NCBI RefSeq assembly: GCF_036321535.1
Contig: NC_087472.1
Location: 98,334,001-98,398,000, forward strand
Origin: Camelus dromedarius
Lineage: Eukaryota
Direction of reading: 5' to 3'
DNA length: 64,000 nt
The notes beneath the pieces are model-generated. The model ran no database searches. It saw only the letters and a program-made list of their open reading frames with translations, and was not told where the DNA came from. Below, piece after piece: positions 25,649-39,776 of this stretch; the first letter of the stretch is position 1; each line of letters begins with the position of its first letter. Made by a program: the position numbers and the translations under genes.

Positions 25649-26095
25649 CAGGGCTTCTTAACCTGGAATTCATTCAGCGGGCTTAAGAACTTACATCTTT
25701 CTTTTCACTATCCTCTAATTGAAATGTACTATTTATTTCAATTATGAATATAGGCAATGAACCACAGCAATATTAGGCAATGATCTGTAACTTTATCTCA
25801 GATATTTTCCCAAGGACATTATAATTGTTGCAATTGTTACAATATTATTTATGCTCATCACTTGGAAATTATGATAGTTAATGGAATTACCCCTAGACCT
25901 TAGTTTTTAATGCAGTTAATAAACAAACACATATATTAAAGATTTATTTAAAATATTTTGATACTTATATTTCAATAAAATTGCTTAGCTTTATAGTACT
26001 TTGATTTTATTTTATGCATTAAAAACATTTTGAGAAGGGGCCCAGAGGCTTTACTAGATGGAAAGGGGTCCATGGCACAAATTTAAAAATCCTTG
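25649..26095. mobile_element. hAT-Charlie (Charlie4-like) relic
   Basis: cagggcttcttaacctgg ... tttgagaagggg...aaaggggtccatggcaca...aaaatccttg. Confidence 0.65.
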
Positions 26096-26769
26096 GTCTA
26101 TTGAAGGATTCAGCTTCCTCAAATGAAACACTGTGGATGCAGCTGTCGTGTAGGCACCAGTGTTTTCAAAACTTGTAAAGTCACTGAGGCCCTTCATCAG
26201 ATAATAGCTCCCATGAAAGGCCAACACACACAACAAATCAAAGCATCGTAGCCCTGTCTGAGGTGGGACCATTAGCCCAAAGCCCTACCTTCATGGTCTT
26301 TCATTCTGAAGTTTGCCTTGGGCAATGTCAGAAAATGGAAGTCCATGATCGACTGGGCCTGTAGCCTCAGTAGAGTCAGAAAGGACAGTAGAGAACAGAA
26401 GTTGGAGAGGAAAATAATGGAGGTTGAGGTAGGCCACTATAGAAAGCAGAGTAACAAAAGACAGGGGAAAGACAGGGAGGCAAGTTGTCATGCCAGTGGG
26501 GAGAAGGCTATCTATGATGTACTGGAAACAGCTAGCCCTCCTTCCAGTCTTAGTATTAGCTGTAGCAGTCCAGTACTTTTATTATGAGAAAACTGTTTGC
26601 TTGCTAGAGTCATAGGAATACACATAAAAGCTTGGTCTTGCTGCATAAGAGCAGACTTAGAAAAAATGGGGGATATTCTCAGACCCACACTGGAAGTTCA
26701 GGGGAGGCGTCTTGGTGGAAATGACTTCTGAAAAGAAACTCACTGTAGGACAACCTCTTTAAACCTAGT

Positions 26770-27130
26770 GGATGCTGTTGGTGCCCCTCCCAGATCTCCT
26801 TTACTAGTCCCCCAGTGCTGTGAGTGCTGAGGACCGCTTCTCTAAAGAGTTGCCCTTGGCCCAATAGTAGCTTCTCCCACCCCCAACCCCCTAGGAAAGA
26901 AATGGGGGTGACAATGCTGATGCCTTATTGGTGTGGTGTCATTTGTACCCTAGAGCTCTCTACTGCATCAGGCTAAAGCTGGTTTCCAGCTGAGACTACA
27001 TCCTTGCAAAGCGTCTACTCCTTTCTATCCTGCTTCGCTCATGCCCCTTCTCCCCAGAGCCTTCCCACCAAAACCACATGAACAAGAATCCCCGTCTGAG
27101 ACTCTGCTTCTGGGGAACCAACACTAGGAC
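26770..27130 (+). mobile_element. ERVL LTR16-like relic
   Basis: 3' end cacatgaacaagaatccccgtctgagactctgcttctggggaaccaacactaggac. Confidence 0.65.
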
Positions 27131-28122
27131 CTGGATTCCTTATGTCTCTCTCTCTCTCTCTCTTCCTTTTTTAACTCTTAAGGCTCATTTTATTGAAGAT
27201 AGGATCACAAAACGAGAGGCATCATGACAGAGAACCTGAGTTTCACTGGCTTCAAAATTTTGCCTTGGATTTGGGACAGGGATTAATTTCTTTCTGTATA
27301 ATCAGCACCTTTGACTAACAGCTTATCAGTTGCCTTGAAAGCAACAAGTCTCTCGTACTTATGTCACAGATGTCCTTGGTATCTGATCTCATTAATGTGA
27401 AGTACATACAGAATCTTTCCTTATGAATTCTTTGTCTTTAAAAAGCAAATAACTCCTACCTCTCAAAATTGTAGCAAGAATTTTAAAAGATGGTGGACCT
27501 ATTAGGAAATATGATAATTAAGTGATTCTACAAGCATTAAGAATCAGCTCCCTCAATTCTTGACCCCCAATGTCTTAAAATAACTACAGGAGTTTTTGCC
27601 TTTAAAAAAATATATAGCCTTCTACTTTCCATATGCAGAAGGAGAAAAACAAAATATAAATGTGTATGTGCCAGAATGTTGCAAGGCTTTATCACAGAGG
27701 GGTTGGTGTGTGGACTGTTCAGTCCGGCTCCACCAATGACTAGCTCTGTGACACTGGGCAGTTAACTGAATTTCTTGGTGTCTCAGTTTCTACATTTATA
27801 AAATGGGGAAAATACTAGCACTACTTACCTTATAAGATTGTGCAGTGGAATGACTGACATCACTAAAGCACTTATCACACTCAATATAGAAAACATTATG
27901 TTTTAGTCATATTACATGTACATTCTTTTACACTTGACTCATGACTAATGGATTTGATCATAGCCAAAGTCTCAAAACCTTTTTATCTCACAAAGTTGCC
28001 TATTATACTTTTGTTAGGATTATTATATTACTTTAATTTTATGTTTTAATAGACAATTTGAATAATTCATATTTAAGATTTTTTGGCTTAGTGGCACAAA
28101 ACTCTTCAAGAATAGAGATTTG

Positions 28123-30301
28123 ATGTGGATGACATGATACTGTATATAGAAAAGCTTCACACAGAAACTACTTAGAGCTGATAAAAGAATTCAGCAAGGT
28201 AGCAGGATACAAGATTGACATACATAAATCAGTTGCATTTCTTTACACTAACAATCAACTAGCAGGAAAGTAAAGTAAAGAAACAATCCCTTTTAAAATC
28301 ATATCCAAAACAATAAAATACTTGGAATAAATCTGACCAAGGAACTGAAAGACTTATACATGGAAAACTACAAAACACTGACTAAAGAAATTAAAGATGA
28401 CTTAAAGAAATGGAAAGATATCCCATGCTCTTGGATTAGAAGAATCAATATTGTTAAAATGGCCATACTACCCAAGGCAAAATACAGATTTAATGCAATC
28501 CCTATCAAATTACCCAGGACATTTTTCACAGAACTATAACAAATAATCTTAAAATTTATATGGAATCACAAAAGACCCAGAATTGCCAAAGCAATACTGA
28601 AGAAAAAGAATGAAGCTGGAGGAATAACCCTTCAGATGATACTACAGAGCTGCAGTAATCAAAACAGCATGGTTTTGGCACAAAAACAGACATATGGATC
28701 AATGGAACAGAATAGAGAGCCCAGAAATGAACCCACAAACTTTTGGTCAATTAATTTTTGACAAAGGAGGCAAGAACATACAATAGAATAAAGACAGTCT
28801 CTTCAACAAATGGTGTTGGGAAAACTGGACAGCAGCATGTAAATCAATGAAGCTAGAACAATCCCTTACACTACACACAAAAATAAACTCAAAATGGATC
28901 AAAGACTTAAACATAAGACAAGATAAAAAACCTCCTAGAAGGAAACATAGGCAAAACATTATCTCACATACATCTCAGCGATGCTCTCCTAGGGCAGTCT
29001 ACCAAAGCAATAGAAATAAAAGCAAGAATAAACAAATGGGACCTAATTAAACTTCCAAGCTTTTGCACAGCAAAGGAAACCATAAGCAAATCAAAACAAC
29101 CACCTACGGAATGGGAGGAAAATTTTTGCAAAAGATGAAACTGACTGACAAAGGCTTGATCTTCAGAATATATAAGGAGCTCATATGACTTAATAAGAAA
29201 AAAACAGTATGCTCATGTATAACTGAAAAAGCGTGCTCTACAATGGAATTTGACACAACATTGTAAAATGACTATAACTCAGTAAAAAAAGTTTAAAAAA
29301 ATAAAAAAAAAAAAGAAAAAACCAAATAACCCAATCCAATAATGGGCAGAAGACCTAAACAAGCAATTCTCCAAGGAAGACATATGAATGATCAATAGGC
29401 ACATGAAAGAATGCTCAATATCACTAATTATCAGAGAAATGTAAATCAAAACTACAATGAGGTATCACCTCACACCAGTCAGAATGGCCATCATTCAAAT
29501 GACAAATGCTGGAGAGGCTGTGGAGAAAAGGGAACCCTCCTACACTGCAGGTGGGAATGCAGTTTGGTGCAGCCACTGTGGAAAACAGTGTGGAGATTCC
29601 TCAAAAGACTAGGAATAGACTTACCATATGATCCAGCAATCCCACTTCTGGGCATATATCTGGAGGGAACTCTAATTCAAAAAGATGCCTACACCCCAAT
29701 GTTCATAGCAGCACTATTTATAATAGTTAAGACATGGAAGCAACCTAAATGTCCACTGACAGATGACTAGATAAAGAAGATGTGGTATATTTATACAATG
29801 GACTACTACTCAGCCATAAAAAGAATAAAATAATGCCATTTGCAGAAACACGGATGGACCTGGAGATCATCATTCTAAGTGAAGTAAGCCAGAAAGAGAA
29901 AGAAAAATACCACATATCTTTCTTATGTAGAATCTGGAAAAAAAAAAAAAGAAAAGAAAAGAAAAAAGAGGACACTAATGAACTCATCTACAAAAACCAG
30001 AAAAAGACTTGCAGACATAGTAAACAATCTTATGGTTACTGGAGGAAAGAGGGTGGGAAGGGATAAATTTTGGAGTTTGAGGTTTGTAAATGTTAACCAC
30101 TATACATAAAATAGATAAAAAACAAATTTCTTTGCATTTCTTCTCTGTATAGCACAGGGAATTATATTCAATATCTTGTAATAACCTTTAATGAAAAAGA
30201 ATACCAAGACGAATACATGTATATATATGCATGACTGGTACATTATGCTATATACCAGAAATTGGCACATTGTGACAGACTATACTTCAATAAAAAATAA
30301 A
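28123..30301 (+). mobile_element. 5'-truncated L1 (frameshifted ORF2 3' part plus 3' UTR)
   Basis: Fragments [25 protein letters not shown] and [32 protein letters not shown]. Perfect 15-bp TSD AAGAATAGAGATTTG at 28108-28122 and 30302-30316. Confidence 0.97.
29207..29312 (+). mobile_element. ~100-bp young L1 3' end nested in the L1 above
   Basis: ggaatttgacacaacattgtaaaatgactata plus poly(A); same 3' end type as the L1 at 33599-35335. A-rich TSD aagaaaaaaaca / aagaaaaaacca. Confidence 0.85.
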
Positions 30302-30789
30302 AAGAATAGAGATTTGGTGACTCTTTGTATATTAACTGCTCATCAAGAGAAAAATAATTAAACAGAAATTGAGATCATATACTAGAGGTAATTGTATATC
30401 TTGATTTAGAAAAGCATTTAACAAGTATTCTGGTTATTTATATCTTGAAACTAAAATCTTTTTTTCAAGGTATTCCATTTATTCTAATCCAATGAGGCAT
30501 AAAGAAAGAATGTAGACCCTGTTTTTAACTTACCAAAAACCTTTAGTTTGGAAACCAGAAGTGAAAAATTGATAAAGCTGGGAAATAGCTGCTTTAGTAG
30601 AGGACCGGAAAAGTAAACTAAACATTACCATATATAGGGACAATAATCCATAAACAGCTGACCAGAGTTTTCTCCAGAGTGGTCTACAGAAGGAATGAAC
30701 CTTGGTGGGGGGCGGGGGGTGTCCTGTGATCTAGAGCAGTGTGGTTATAGATGTGTAGATGTTAACTGAGAAATTGATGGGGACACTAC

Positions 30790-31256
30790 TGTATTAGTTT
30801 CCTAGGGCTGTCATTACAAAGTACCACAAACTGAATGGCTTAAACAACAGAAATTTGTTCTCACAGTTCTGGAGGCTAGAAGTCCAAGATCATGGTGTTA
30901 GCAGGGTTGGTTCTTTCTGAGGGCTGTGAGGGAGAACCTGCTCCATGCCTCTCCTCTAGCTTCTGCTGGTCTGCTGACAATATTTGGTGTCCCTTAGATT
31001 GTAGATACATTATAGGATCTCTGCCTTCATCTTCACATGGCATTTTCTCTGTAAGTGTGTCTGTGTCCACATTTCCCCTTTTCATAAGGACTCTAGTCAT
31101 TCTGGATTAGAGGCCCACCCAATTCCAGTATGACCTCATCTTAACCGATTACATCACAACAACCTTATTTCCAAATGAGGTCACATTCTTAGGCACTGGG
31201 GGGGTTAGTACCTCAACATATGAATTTTGGGGGGAGACACAATTCAATCCATAACA
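30790..31256 (-). mobile_element. MaLR solo LTR, MLT1C-like
   Basis: tgtattagtttcctagggctg...ctcacagttctggaggctagaagtccaagatc...aattcaatccataaca. 5-bp flanks actac / tctac. Confidence 0.9.
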
Positions 31257-32649
31257 TCTACTAGTGGGAAAAGTGCCAATATGGTTTTAAAGCTTGGCTG
31301 TGTCCCAGAATTAGATTGCTAGTGGGTAAACTCTTCTCTTCAGATAAAGTGTGGACGTAAAATATATTCAGAATTAGCAAGAATCTTTTTAGCACTTTTC
31401 TCTAACTAAACAGAATTCTTCCTTTCTTTGTTCTGAAGATATCTCTCTTATCTACTTTCCAAAATTTTCTCATGTTAATACATGTATTTCACTCTAAGGC
31501 CTTTCTTGGCCTAGTCTGTTTCCTCACTTCGCTTCTATTTTGGGACAATATCAGCCTTCACAACAGGTGACCTTACACTTCCAAAACCACTCAATGGATG
31601 GTGACTAGAAGAAACTATGAGGAGAGAAGTCAGGGACCAGGCAGGTGATGTGTCCAAATGGCAATAACTGTGACTATTAAGTATGACTATCTTCCAGGTT
31701 TTCAGAGTTGATGTTTGCTTAGTTCTTATTTCTTCAGGAACTCAGAAGTGGTTTCCTAAGGTCTAGTTCAAATAAACCAAAGGCTTTTCCCCCTAAAACC
31801 TAGTTCAAGTGTTAAAAGATAGCAAACCTGTTGGTTCTAGATAGAGTGATGACTTTTAGAGTACACATGAAGTAATGTTTGGCAGGGAAGAAGAAAGTTC
31901 ATGCTGCCATCTTGGTTAGGCCATATGGCTATGACTGCAGGTTTTTGATGATCACAATGCCTATATGGGATTAATCCAAGCCAACTAATATCTTAGTTTC
32001 TCAAAGGGTTTTTCACTGCTGGATATTTCTTATATTCAAAGATTAAATGGTAACTGAAACCAACCTTGGGTCTAACGCAGCTGTCCCAGAGTTATATTTC
32101 AGTGTTTGTGTGGGTTACATTCATAATACACTTTGTAAGAGCTTAATATAAATTCTTGGAACTCAGATACCTCTATGTCTATTAAAAGAAGTTAGAACTT
32201 TGGGATTTAAGATGAGGTTGCTTGGCAATAATAAAACAGAATAAAGCAAGTCAGCTTAACACAAAGCAATTATTTCTTCTGCAAAACAGATTGTCAGAAT
32301 TTAAGGGAAAACAGCTCTCATTTTTAAGAACCAGAAAGAAGCAAGTTACCATATTGCAGAATGCATTTTTCATTAATAAAAGCAAAATTTTATTTCCAAT
32401 AATTCAGTAAAATAATAATTATAATTCTATGTTAATTATATTATATGATATAATAATAATATATATCATATAATATAATTAACAGTTGAGAATATATCAG
32501 CCATGTTTTTCACAGGATGTTACATAATACTTTGAATGAGGGTGATCATTTTTACACATAAGAACAAACACAGCTATTTCCCACAGGGGAAAAAAAGAAG
32601 ATTCAGGAGACTCAAGTGACCCAGGGAACATGTGAATAACATTATATAT

Positions 32650-32853
32650 CAGAAGTCAGCACACTTCTGCTGTAAAGGGCAGAGAGTAAATATTTTAGGT
32701 TTTTTGGGCCATGTCATTTCTGTTACAACTACTCCATTCTGCCTTTGTAGGGGAAAAGTAGCCACAGACAATATGTAATGAACAGGCATGGCTGTGGTCC
32801 AATAAAACTTTATTTACAAACACGGGCAGCAGGCCATAGTTTGCCAACCCCTA
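32650..32853. mobile_element. MER58A (hAT-Charlie MITE)
   Basis: gtaaagggcagagagtaaatattttagg...ggctgtggtccaataaaactttatttacaaa...tagtttgccaacccct. Confidence 0.85.
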
Positions 32854-33598
32854 CTGTATATCATTAGGGAGATCAAGTAATGATCAAGTAATAGTGAAAA
32901 TTGTATCACGGAATTCAACGTTTTATAACCTTTCAAATAATTCCACATACTTTATTTTCATTTGGTTCACTCCAGATTTTAACTCTTTTCCCACCCCTGA
33001 GAGGGAAAGCTCTAATGAACATTGTTTGAGAGCCTCTATCAGTCGTGAGTACCTTGAAGACATGTTTAGTTTCATTCTCCAGTGCCTGGCAGTGTCTACT
33101 GAAGCGACTGAGTGCATTTCCTGTGAACTCAATGTGCATGCTGTGTTTCCCTGCCTACTTCACTTTCCCTGTCTCAATGATGCATTTTACTCTTCCAAGC
33201 AGCTGCTCCCTTGACCCTTGTATACATTTGGAATCTTCCATATTCAAGCTGAGTATTTATACATATTCCAAAAAATACTTCAGTTGACCTAAAGAATTAG
33301 GATGGAGTCAAAGGTTTTTCTTCCTTGTGTCTAATCCACCTGTGTGGATGAACCTAACTGAGTATCCATCACTACACACGTGAAAAGGAAACAAGGACTA
33401 TTCATTCGGGCACAGTGGACAGAGAAGGAAAAGAGAATCCCCCATTCTGCTATTCCCTTGACCTTGAAAGCAAGGCAAAATGCTCTCTTTTTCTGGCCAT
33501 GCTCTTGGGATGCAAGAGCCTGGACAGGATGAGATGTTAGTAATCATTTTTGGACTAAGTTGTGACTGCTGCTAGCCCCCACTTCCAGTCATTTATTC

Positions 33599-35335
33599 TT
33601 TTTTTTTTTTAACATTTTTTATTGATTTATAATCATTTTACAATGTTGTGTCAAATTCCAGTGTTCAGCACAATTTTTCAGTCATTCATGGACATATACA
33701 CACTCATTGTCACATTTTTTTCTCTGTGAGTTATCATAACATTTTGTGTATATTTCCCTGTGCTATACAGTGTAATCTTGTTTATCTATTCTACAATTTT
33801 GAAATCCCAGTCTATCCCTTCCCACCTTCCACCCCCCTGGTAACCACAAGTCTGTATTCTCTGTCTGTGAGTCTATTTCTGTCCTTTATTTACGCTTTGT
33901 TTCTGTTTGTTTGTTTGTTTTTGTTTTTGTTTTTTAGATTCCACATATGAGCGATCTCATATGGTATTTTTCTTTCTCTTTCTGGCTTACTTCACTTAGA
34001 ATGACATTCTCCAGGGACATCCATGTTGCTGCAAATGGCATTATGTTGTCAGTTTTTATGGCTGAGTAGTATTCCATTGTATAAATATACCACCTCTTCT
34101 TTATCCAGTCACCTGTTGATGGACATTTAGGCTGTTTCCATGTTTTGGCTATTGTAAATAGTGCTGCTATGAACATTGGGGTGCAGGTGTCATCCTGAAG
34201 TAGATTTCCTTCTGGATACAAGCCCAGGAGTGGGATTCCTGGGTCATAGGGTAAGTCTATTCCTAGTCTTCTGAGGAATCTCCACACTGTTTTCTATAGT
34301 GGCTGCACCAAACTGCATTCCCACCAGCAGTGTAGGGGGGTTCCCCTTTCTCCACAGCCTCTCCAGCATTTGTCATTTGTGGATTTTTGAATGGCGGCCA
34401 TTCTGACTGGTGTGAGGTGATACCTCATTGTAGTTTTGATTTGCATTTCTCTGATAATTAGTGATATTGAGCATTTTTTCATGTGCTTTTTGATCATTTG
34501 TATGTCTTCCTTGGAGAATTGCTTGTTTAGGTCTTCTGCCCATTTTTGGATTGGGTTGTTTATTTTTTTCTTATTGAGTCGTATGAGCTGCTTATATATT
34601 CTGGAGATCAAGCCTTTGTTGGTTTCACTTGCAAAAATTTTCTCCCATTCCATAGGTTTTCTTCTTGTTTTACTTCTGGTTTCCTTTGCTGTGCAGAAGC
34701 TTGTAAGTTTCATTAGGTCCCATTTGTTTATTCTTGCTTTTATTTCTTCTAGGAGAAAATTTTTGAAATGTATATCAGATAATGTTTTGCCTATGTTTTC
34801 CTCTAGGAGGTTTAATGTATCTTGTCTTATGTTTAAGTCTTTAATCCATTTTGAGTTGATTTTTGTATATGGTGTAAGGGAGTGTTCTAGCTTCATTGTT
34901 TTACATGCTGCTGTCCAGTTTTCCCATCACCATTTGCTGAAGAGACTGTCTTTATTCCATTGTATATTCTTGCCTCCTTTGTCGAAGATGAGTTGAGCAA
35001 AAGTTTGTGGGTTCATTTCTGGGCTCTCTATTCTGTTCCATTGGTCTATATGTCTGTTTTGGTACCAATACCATGCTGTCTTGATGACTGTAGCTCTATA
35101 GTATTGTCTGAAGTCTGGGAGAGTTATTCCTCCAGCCTCTTTCTTTCTCTTCAGTAATGCTTTGGCAATTCTAGGTCTTTGATGGTTCCATATGAATTTT
35201 ATTATGATTTTTTCTAGTTCTGTGAAATATGTCCTGGGTAATTGGATAGGGATTGCATTAAATCTGTAGATTGCCTTGGGCAGTGTGACCATTTTAACAA
35301 TATTGATTCTTCCAATCCAAGAGCATGGAATATCT
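33599..35335 (-). mobile_element. Young 5'-truncated L1 (ORF2 C-terminal ~470 codons, two in-frame stops only)
   Basis: ORFs 34927-35376, 34294-34896 and 33934-34287 are all in one frame ([17 protein letters not shown]...YHMRSLICGI). Poly(T) at 33599-33610. Flanking 16-bp repeat TTCCAGTCATTTATTC at 33583-33598 and 35336-35351. Confidence 0.98.
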
Positions 35336-35862
35336 TTCCAGTCATTTATTCCTAAGCAGGAAATATTTGCGCTCACTCAATTGGATCTCAAAAGTATCAT
35401 CTAAATGAAAAGATATATGCTGTAGCTGTTTCCTTAGTTATCTCCCTAGGCCTTCCTATTTCTTTTTGCCTTCATAGTAAATTGAAAAACATGGTCACAT
35501 TATTTTGCAGCTTCTTCCGTCAAGAGGTAAGAGTTTTAGGGCTAAGAATTTTCCTCTGAGGATGCATTGTTTTCACTGTGGTTAATTTATAGAGGGGCTG
35601 TAATTGTAATTTTGATTTTTTTCTTTGGCCCTTGAGTTATTTAGAAGAGTATTTTTGTATCTATTTTCCTAATGGTTCTATGTCTTTGTTTTTGTTGTTA
35701 ATGTCTAGTTTTTAACATTCAGGTCAGAGACTGTGGAATATACAATTTCTAAATTTGGGGATTTGAGGTCTTCTTGGTCTCACTGTGCCTTAAGCACTTC
35801 TGTAAATATTTTGTGGCAGTAAGAAATGAATGTTGAATTTAAAATTTATGTGTATGTATGTG

Positions 35863-35868
<6 letters not shown>

Positions 35869-35916
<48 letters not shown>
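35869..35916. repeat. (TA)24 microsatellite within an old L1ME-like relic (~35500-36150)
   Basis: Read directly from the sequence. Confidence 0.95.
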
Positions 35917-35918
<2 letters not shown>

Positions 35919-36383
35919 CGTGCATATATGCACATCTATATATTCAATCAAGTTTAAAAACTGTAATATTACAATCTTTTATAGCCATATTTAACTAGGT
36001 GGTTTTCCAAATACTGAAGTGGTGTTTCGTCAAAACTTTTTTTTTGTATTTATAATGGTCTCTGCTCCCTATATTTTAACAAAATGTTGTCAGTACTTAG
36101 AGATTCATGACTGATATATTTTGGTGGCTTGTATTTGTATTTAAAAAATACTCCTAACTTCTTACAATCCTTGTATATAATGAGTGAAAGAGGAAATAAA
36201 AATTGAAATTACATACTATTAAGAAATTATTAATAATAAAAATAATATATATTCCAGTGAAAACTGATCCCACTCTCACTTGAAATTTATGACCGCAAAC
36301 CTTAGTTTGGCTCCAAGAAATGCCTCCCAGTCCTACTACGTTTCTGGAGCAATTCCCTGTCCCTCTCTCAGAGGGCTACTTTT

Positions 36384-36785
36384 TCTTTTTAATTCTTTTT
36401 TTTAACTGAAGTGTAGTGAATTTACAATGTTAGTTTCAGGTGTACAGCAAAGTGATTCAGTTATACATATACATATATTTCCAGATTCTTTTCCATTACA
36501 GCTCATTACAAGAAACTGAATGTAGTTCCCTGTGCTATACAGTAGGACCTTGTTGCTTATCTATTTTATATATAGTAATGTGTATCTGTTAATCCCAAAC
36601 TCCTAATCTATCCCTTCCCCACCCCCTTTCCTCCTGGTAACTACAGTTGGTTTTCTATGCCCATGAGTCTATTTCTGGTTTGTAAATAAAATTTGTACCT
36701 TTCTTTTTTAGATTCCCCATATTAGCGAGATCATATGATATTTATCTTTCTCTGTCTGACTTACTTCACTTAGTATGATAATCTG
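36384..36785 (-). mobile_element. L1 3' UTR fragment
   Basis: gtacagcaaagtgattcagttatacat...ttagattcc...ttacttcacttagtatgataatct. Imperfect TSD agagggctactttt / agaggactatttt. Confidence 0.85.
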
Positions 36786-37049
36786 AGAGGACTATTTTAA
36801 ACCTTCTCAAAACTTCTTCCTCACAAAACATTTCACTCTCAGCTACCAATCATGCTTCTTATTTCACTGAAAAGTTATTCTCGATCAGAAGAGCACGTCC
36901 TTATCCTCCTGCTGGCAAGGGGACCAACCTGCTCTCTCCTCTGTGTCTACAGGCCTTCTTCCCCCTCCTGTCCCACCCATCAGCTGCCCTTGTTCCTACG
37001 CTGTCTCTGTAAACTAGATCCTCACTACGTGTGGCTGCTCTGGGCTTAG

Positions 37050-38100
37050 TGCCCCTGTGACAAGTGTCCCCTCTTTCCTGTCTTATTAATGTGTCCCTCT
37101 CTGTGGGATCATTCCAATCTTAGCCCTGAAATACGATGTTTTATCTTTTGTCTTAAAATAAGACTCCTCCTGTGACCTTTTCCAGTAACTGTCCTCATTT
37201 TTGTGCCATCTGAAGAGTTAGCTGCCTTCCCTATCTTGCCTTCTTCATCTGCCATGATGTCTCTGAGCCCAGTTCAAGCAAGCGTTTGCCTCCATCTGCT
37301 CTGCTCTCAAGGTCATCACATTGTCAAAACCAATAGCTAACTCTGTTGATTTCTCAGCATTATTTGATCTGGTTGATCCCTCCTGCTTTCTGGAAACACT
37401 TCTTTCACTTTGGGTTCTTATACACATTTATCTCTCGCTTATTTAAAGTTGTAAAATACATGTAGCACAGTTTACCATCTTAACCCATTTATAAGTGTGT
37501 GGTTCAATGGCATTACGTACATTCGCACTGTTGTGCTGCCATCACCACCATCTATCCATGGAACTCTTTTCACGTTGCAAAAGGGAAACTCTGTAGCTGT
37601 GAAACTCTAGCTGCTCCTCTCCTGCATCCTGAGTTTCTCCTTGACTTCTAAATATCATTGTGCTCCAGGACTCAGCCCTTTGACCCCATCTCTGCCCTAG
37701 TGATACTCCTTCCCTAGGAGATCCCATCTAAACCCCTGGTGTTAAAAACCATCTCCACAATGGTGACCCCCAAATTGGGATCACAGCCAAGACTTCTTCC
37801 TTGAACTCTGTATTTGCAGACCTAACTTCTTCAACTTCTTCAATATGTCCATTGAGAGATCAAATAGGCACCACAAACTTAACATTACCCAAAGCAAACT
37901 TTGCTTTCTTCCTCTAAACCTGCTTTTCCATAGTGTCCCCACCCCAGGATCCCCTACCTCACCATTCACTGACTGCTTAGGCCTAAAGCTGGAGGTCCTT
38001 CCTAGAATATAAGATCCAAGAGGGCAGAGATTCCGGTGTTTTGTCTGCTGAGGTGTCTCCAGTGCCTAGAACTGCTCCTGACACATGGAATGTTCCCTAA
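37050..38100 (+). mobile_element. L2 (L2a-like) relic interrupted by an L1M 3' fragment (~37430-37610)
   Basis: ctctcaaggtcatcac...tttctggaaacacttctttcact...aagatccaagagggcagagatt...ctccagtgcctagaac. Confidence 0.7.
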
Positions 38101-38274
38101 GGTTCTACATGATCTAACTGTGGCTATGTCTTTCCTTCCACCCTCTGACTTGCTGCTCTAAAGCCATTTGGTTCAGTGTACCAAGCATGTGTCCACCTTA
38201 GAAATGTTACAGTTACTACTTTTCCACTGGGTTCTAGGGGGATTTTAAGAATATGAATTTAAGAGAAAGTTCTT

Positions 38275-38382
38275 TTTTTGGGGGGGGGGTAATTAGGTTT
38301 GTTTGTTTGTTTGTTTTTAATGGAGGTACTGTGGATTGAACCTAGCATGCACTCTACCACTGAACTATACCCTCCTCCCTCC
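38275..38382 (-). mobile_element. tRNA-derived SINE (vic-1-like), internally deleted
   Basis: Sense strand gtatagttcagtggtagagtgcatg...ggttcaatcc...cctaattacc. TSD aagagaa(a/g)gttctt at 38261-38274 and 38383-38396. Confidence 0.85.
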
Positions 38383-39776
38383 AAGAGAAGGTTCTTAAGG
38401 GGATTCAGGAATACCCAAATTAATCTTTTACTAGTCATTCTTTCCTCAACCTGATCCCCTATGTGGTCCTCAGAGGAAATAGATGCATACAGGAGGCAAA
38501 CTAGGCCCTGTTATGTCTCGGGGCTGTGACTCCCAACCACACTGCCAATTCATAGACATGGTGAAAAATTCCTTTATCTCGGCCAGGTTCATCTCTTTGA
38601 AAAGGCAGTCTTCTCCTTTTCAAAGCCCAAACTTAAGTTTAGTCTTGGCCCTACTGAGTGAGGAAGGCCTCACCTTTCCACACTTACAAGAGGAAACGGG
38701 GTGAGAGAGACTCAGCAAATGAGCCTGTTTGTCCCAGGGATTAGAGCTGCCACCTCAAACTTTTTAATGCAGGGACAAAGGGCCCTGCAGGTGGGCTGCC
38801 ATGGTGGAGAGAGAACAGAATAAAGGGAGAGACTAATAAATAAATAGCTCTAGTTTCAAAAACAAAAACTTTGCAAGGCAGGAGGGAAAGAAGCCTGGGG
38901 AAATTGCCCTGCATAGTGTGCGGTGTCCCCAGTTTTCCAGATCCTGACCTTGGGTAAAATGCTAGTTGGATAAAAATTTTGTTCAAGGAAGCACAGGCTA
39001 AAGCGATGTTTCTGTAACATTCCAGATCTCTGGTGCCTGTGCCAGGTGGCTACTGTTTCTGCTTCAGACCCTAGAGGAGGACCCTCCCCCATCTACCATG
39101 TGTCACCAAAGGGACTAGAGTTACTTTATTTTTGAAAAAGAGCCAGGTTATAGAGGTTTCATGTGACAACGCTGGAAAATGTAACTCTAAATACATTTGT
39201 AAGCTGCCAAAATCCTGCAAAAATAGTCCATTTCAATACTCCTTAGAAAATGACAAATAAGAAACAGAAGTGTTCAATATTGCAACAATATCACTTTGTA
39301 AGATTGTTCCAAGTCAATTAGGCTTTTTAGAAACAAGATGTCAATGTAATTCTGAACAACTCTGCGGAGGCTTACATGCCCTAATGGACAGCTGTATTGG
39401 GGCAAATAATAACCCAACTCAGGCCAGATCCCCTCAGATCCTCTTTCTTCAGTGGGCCTTTGCTCCCAACACCTTAGCTCTGTTTTGAGGCCAGCCCTAG
39501 GGCTTCGGGGGCATGCCTTTCCCACTGGTTAGGAGAGCCAGAATCCCTGGGAATTTGTTGCTGTGCTTCTCAATGATCTCCTCTTGACCTTTATCATCCT
39601 TTGTACCTCGGCTTCTAAAGATGTTTAAATATTGTTCAGACTGAAATAAGATAGAGCCAAAAAATTTCTCTCCATATTGGAAACCTCCAAACCCAGCTAC
39701 TACCCTATTTTCAAGGGTCTAGAAGAGATGGGTCCATTTGCTGCCTCAACATTTCATTCATGCTACAACCTGCAGC

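Noticed and set aside
32894..33287. Cluster of overlapping ORFs on both strands
   Set aside because: No recognisable protein or processed-pseudogene hallmarks.
34436..34996. 186-aa hydrophobic ORF
   Set aside because: Antisense reading of L1 ORF2.
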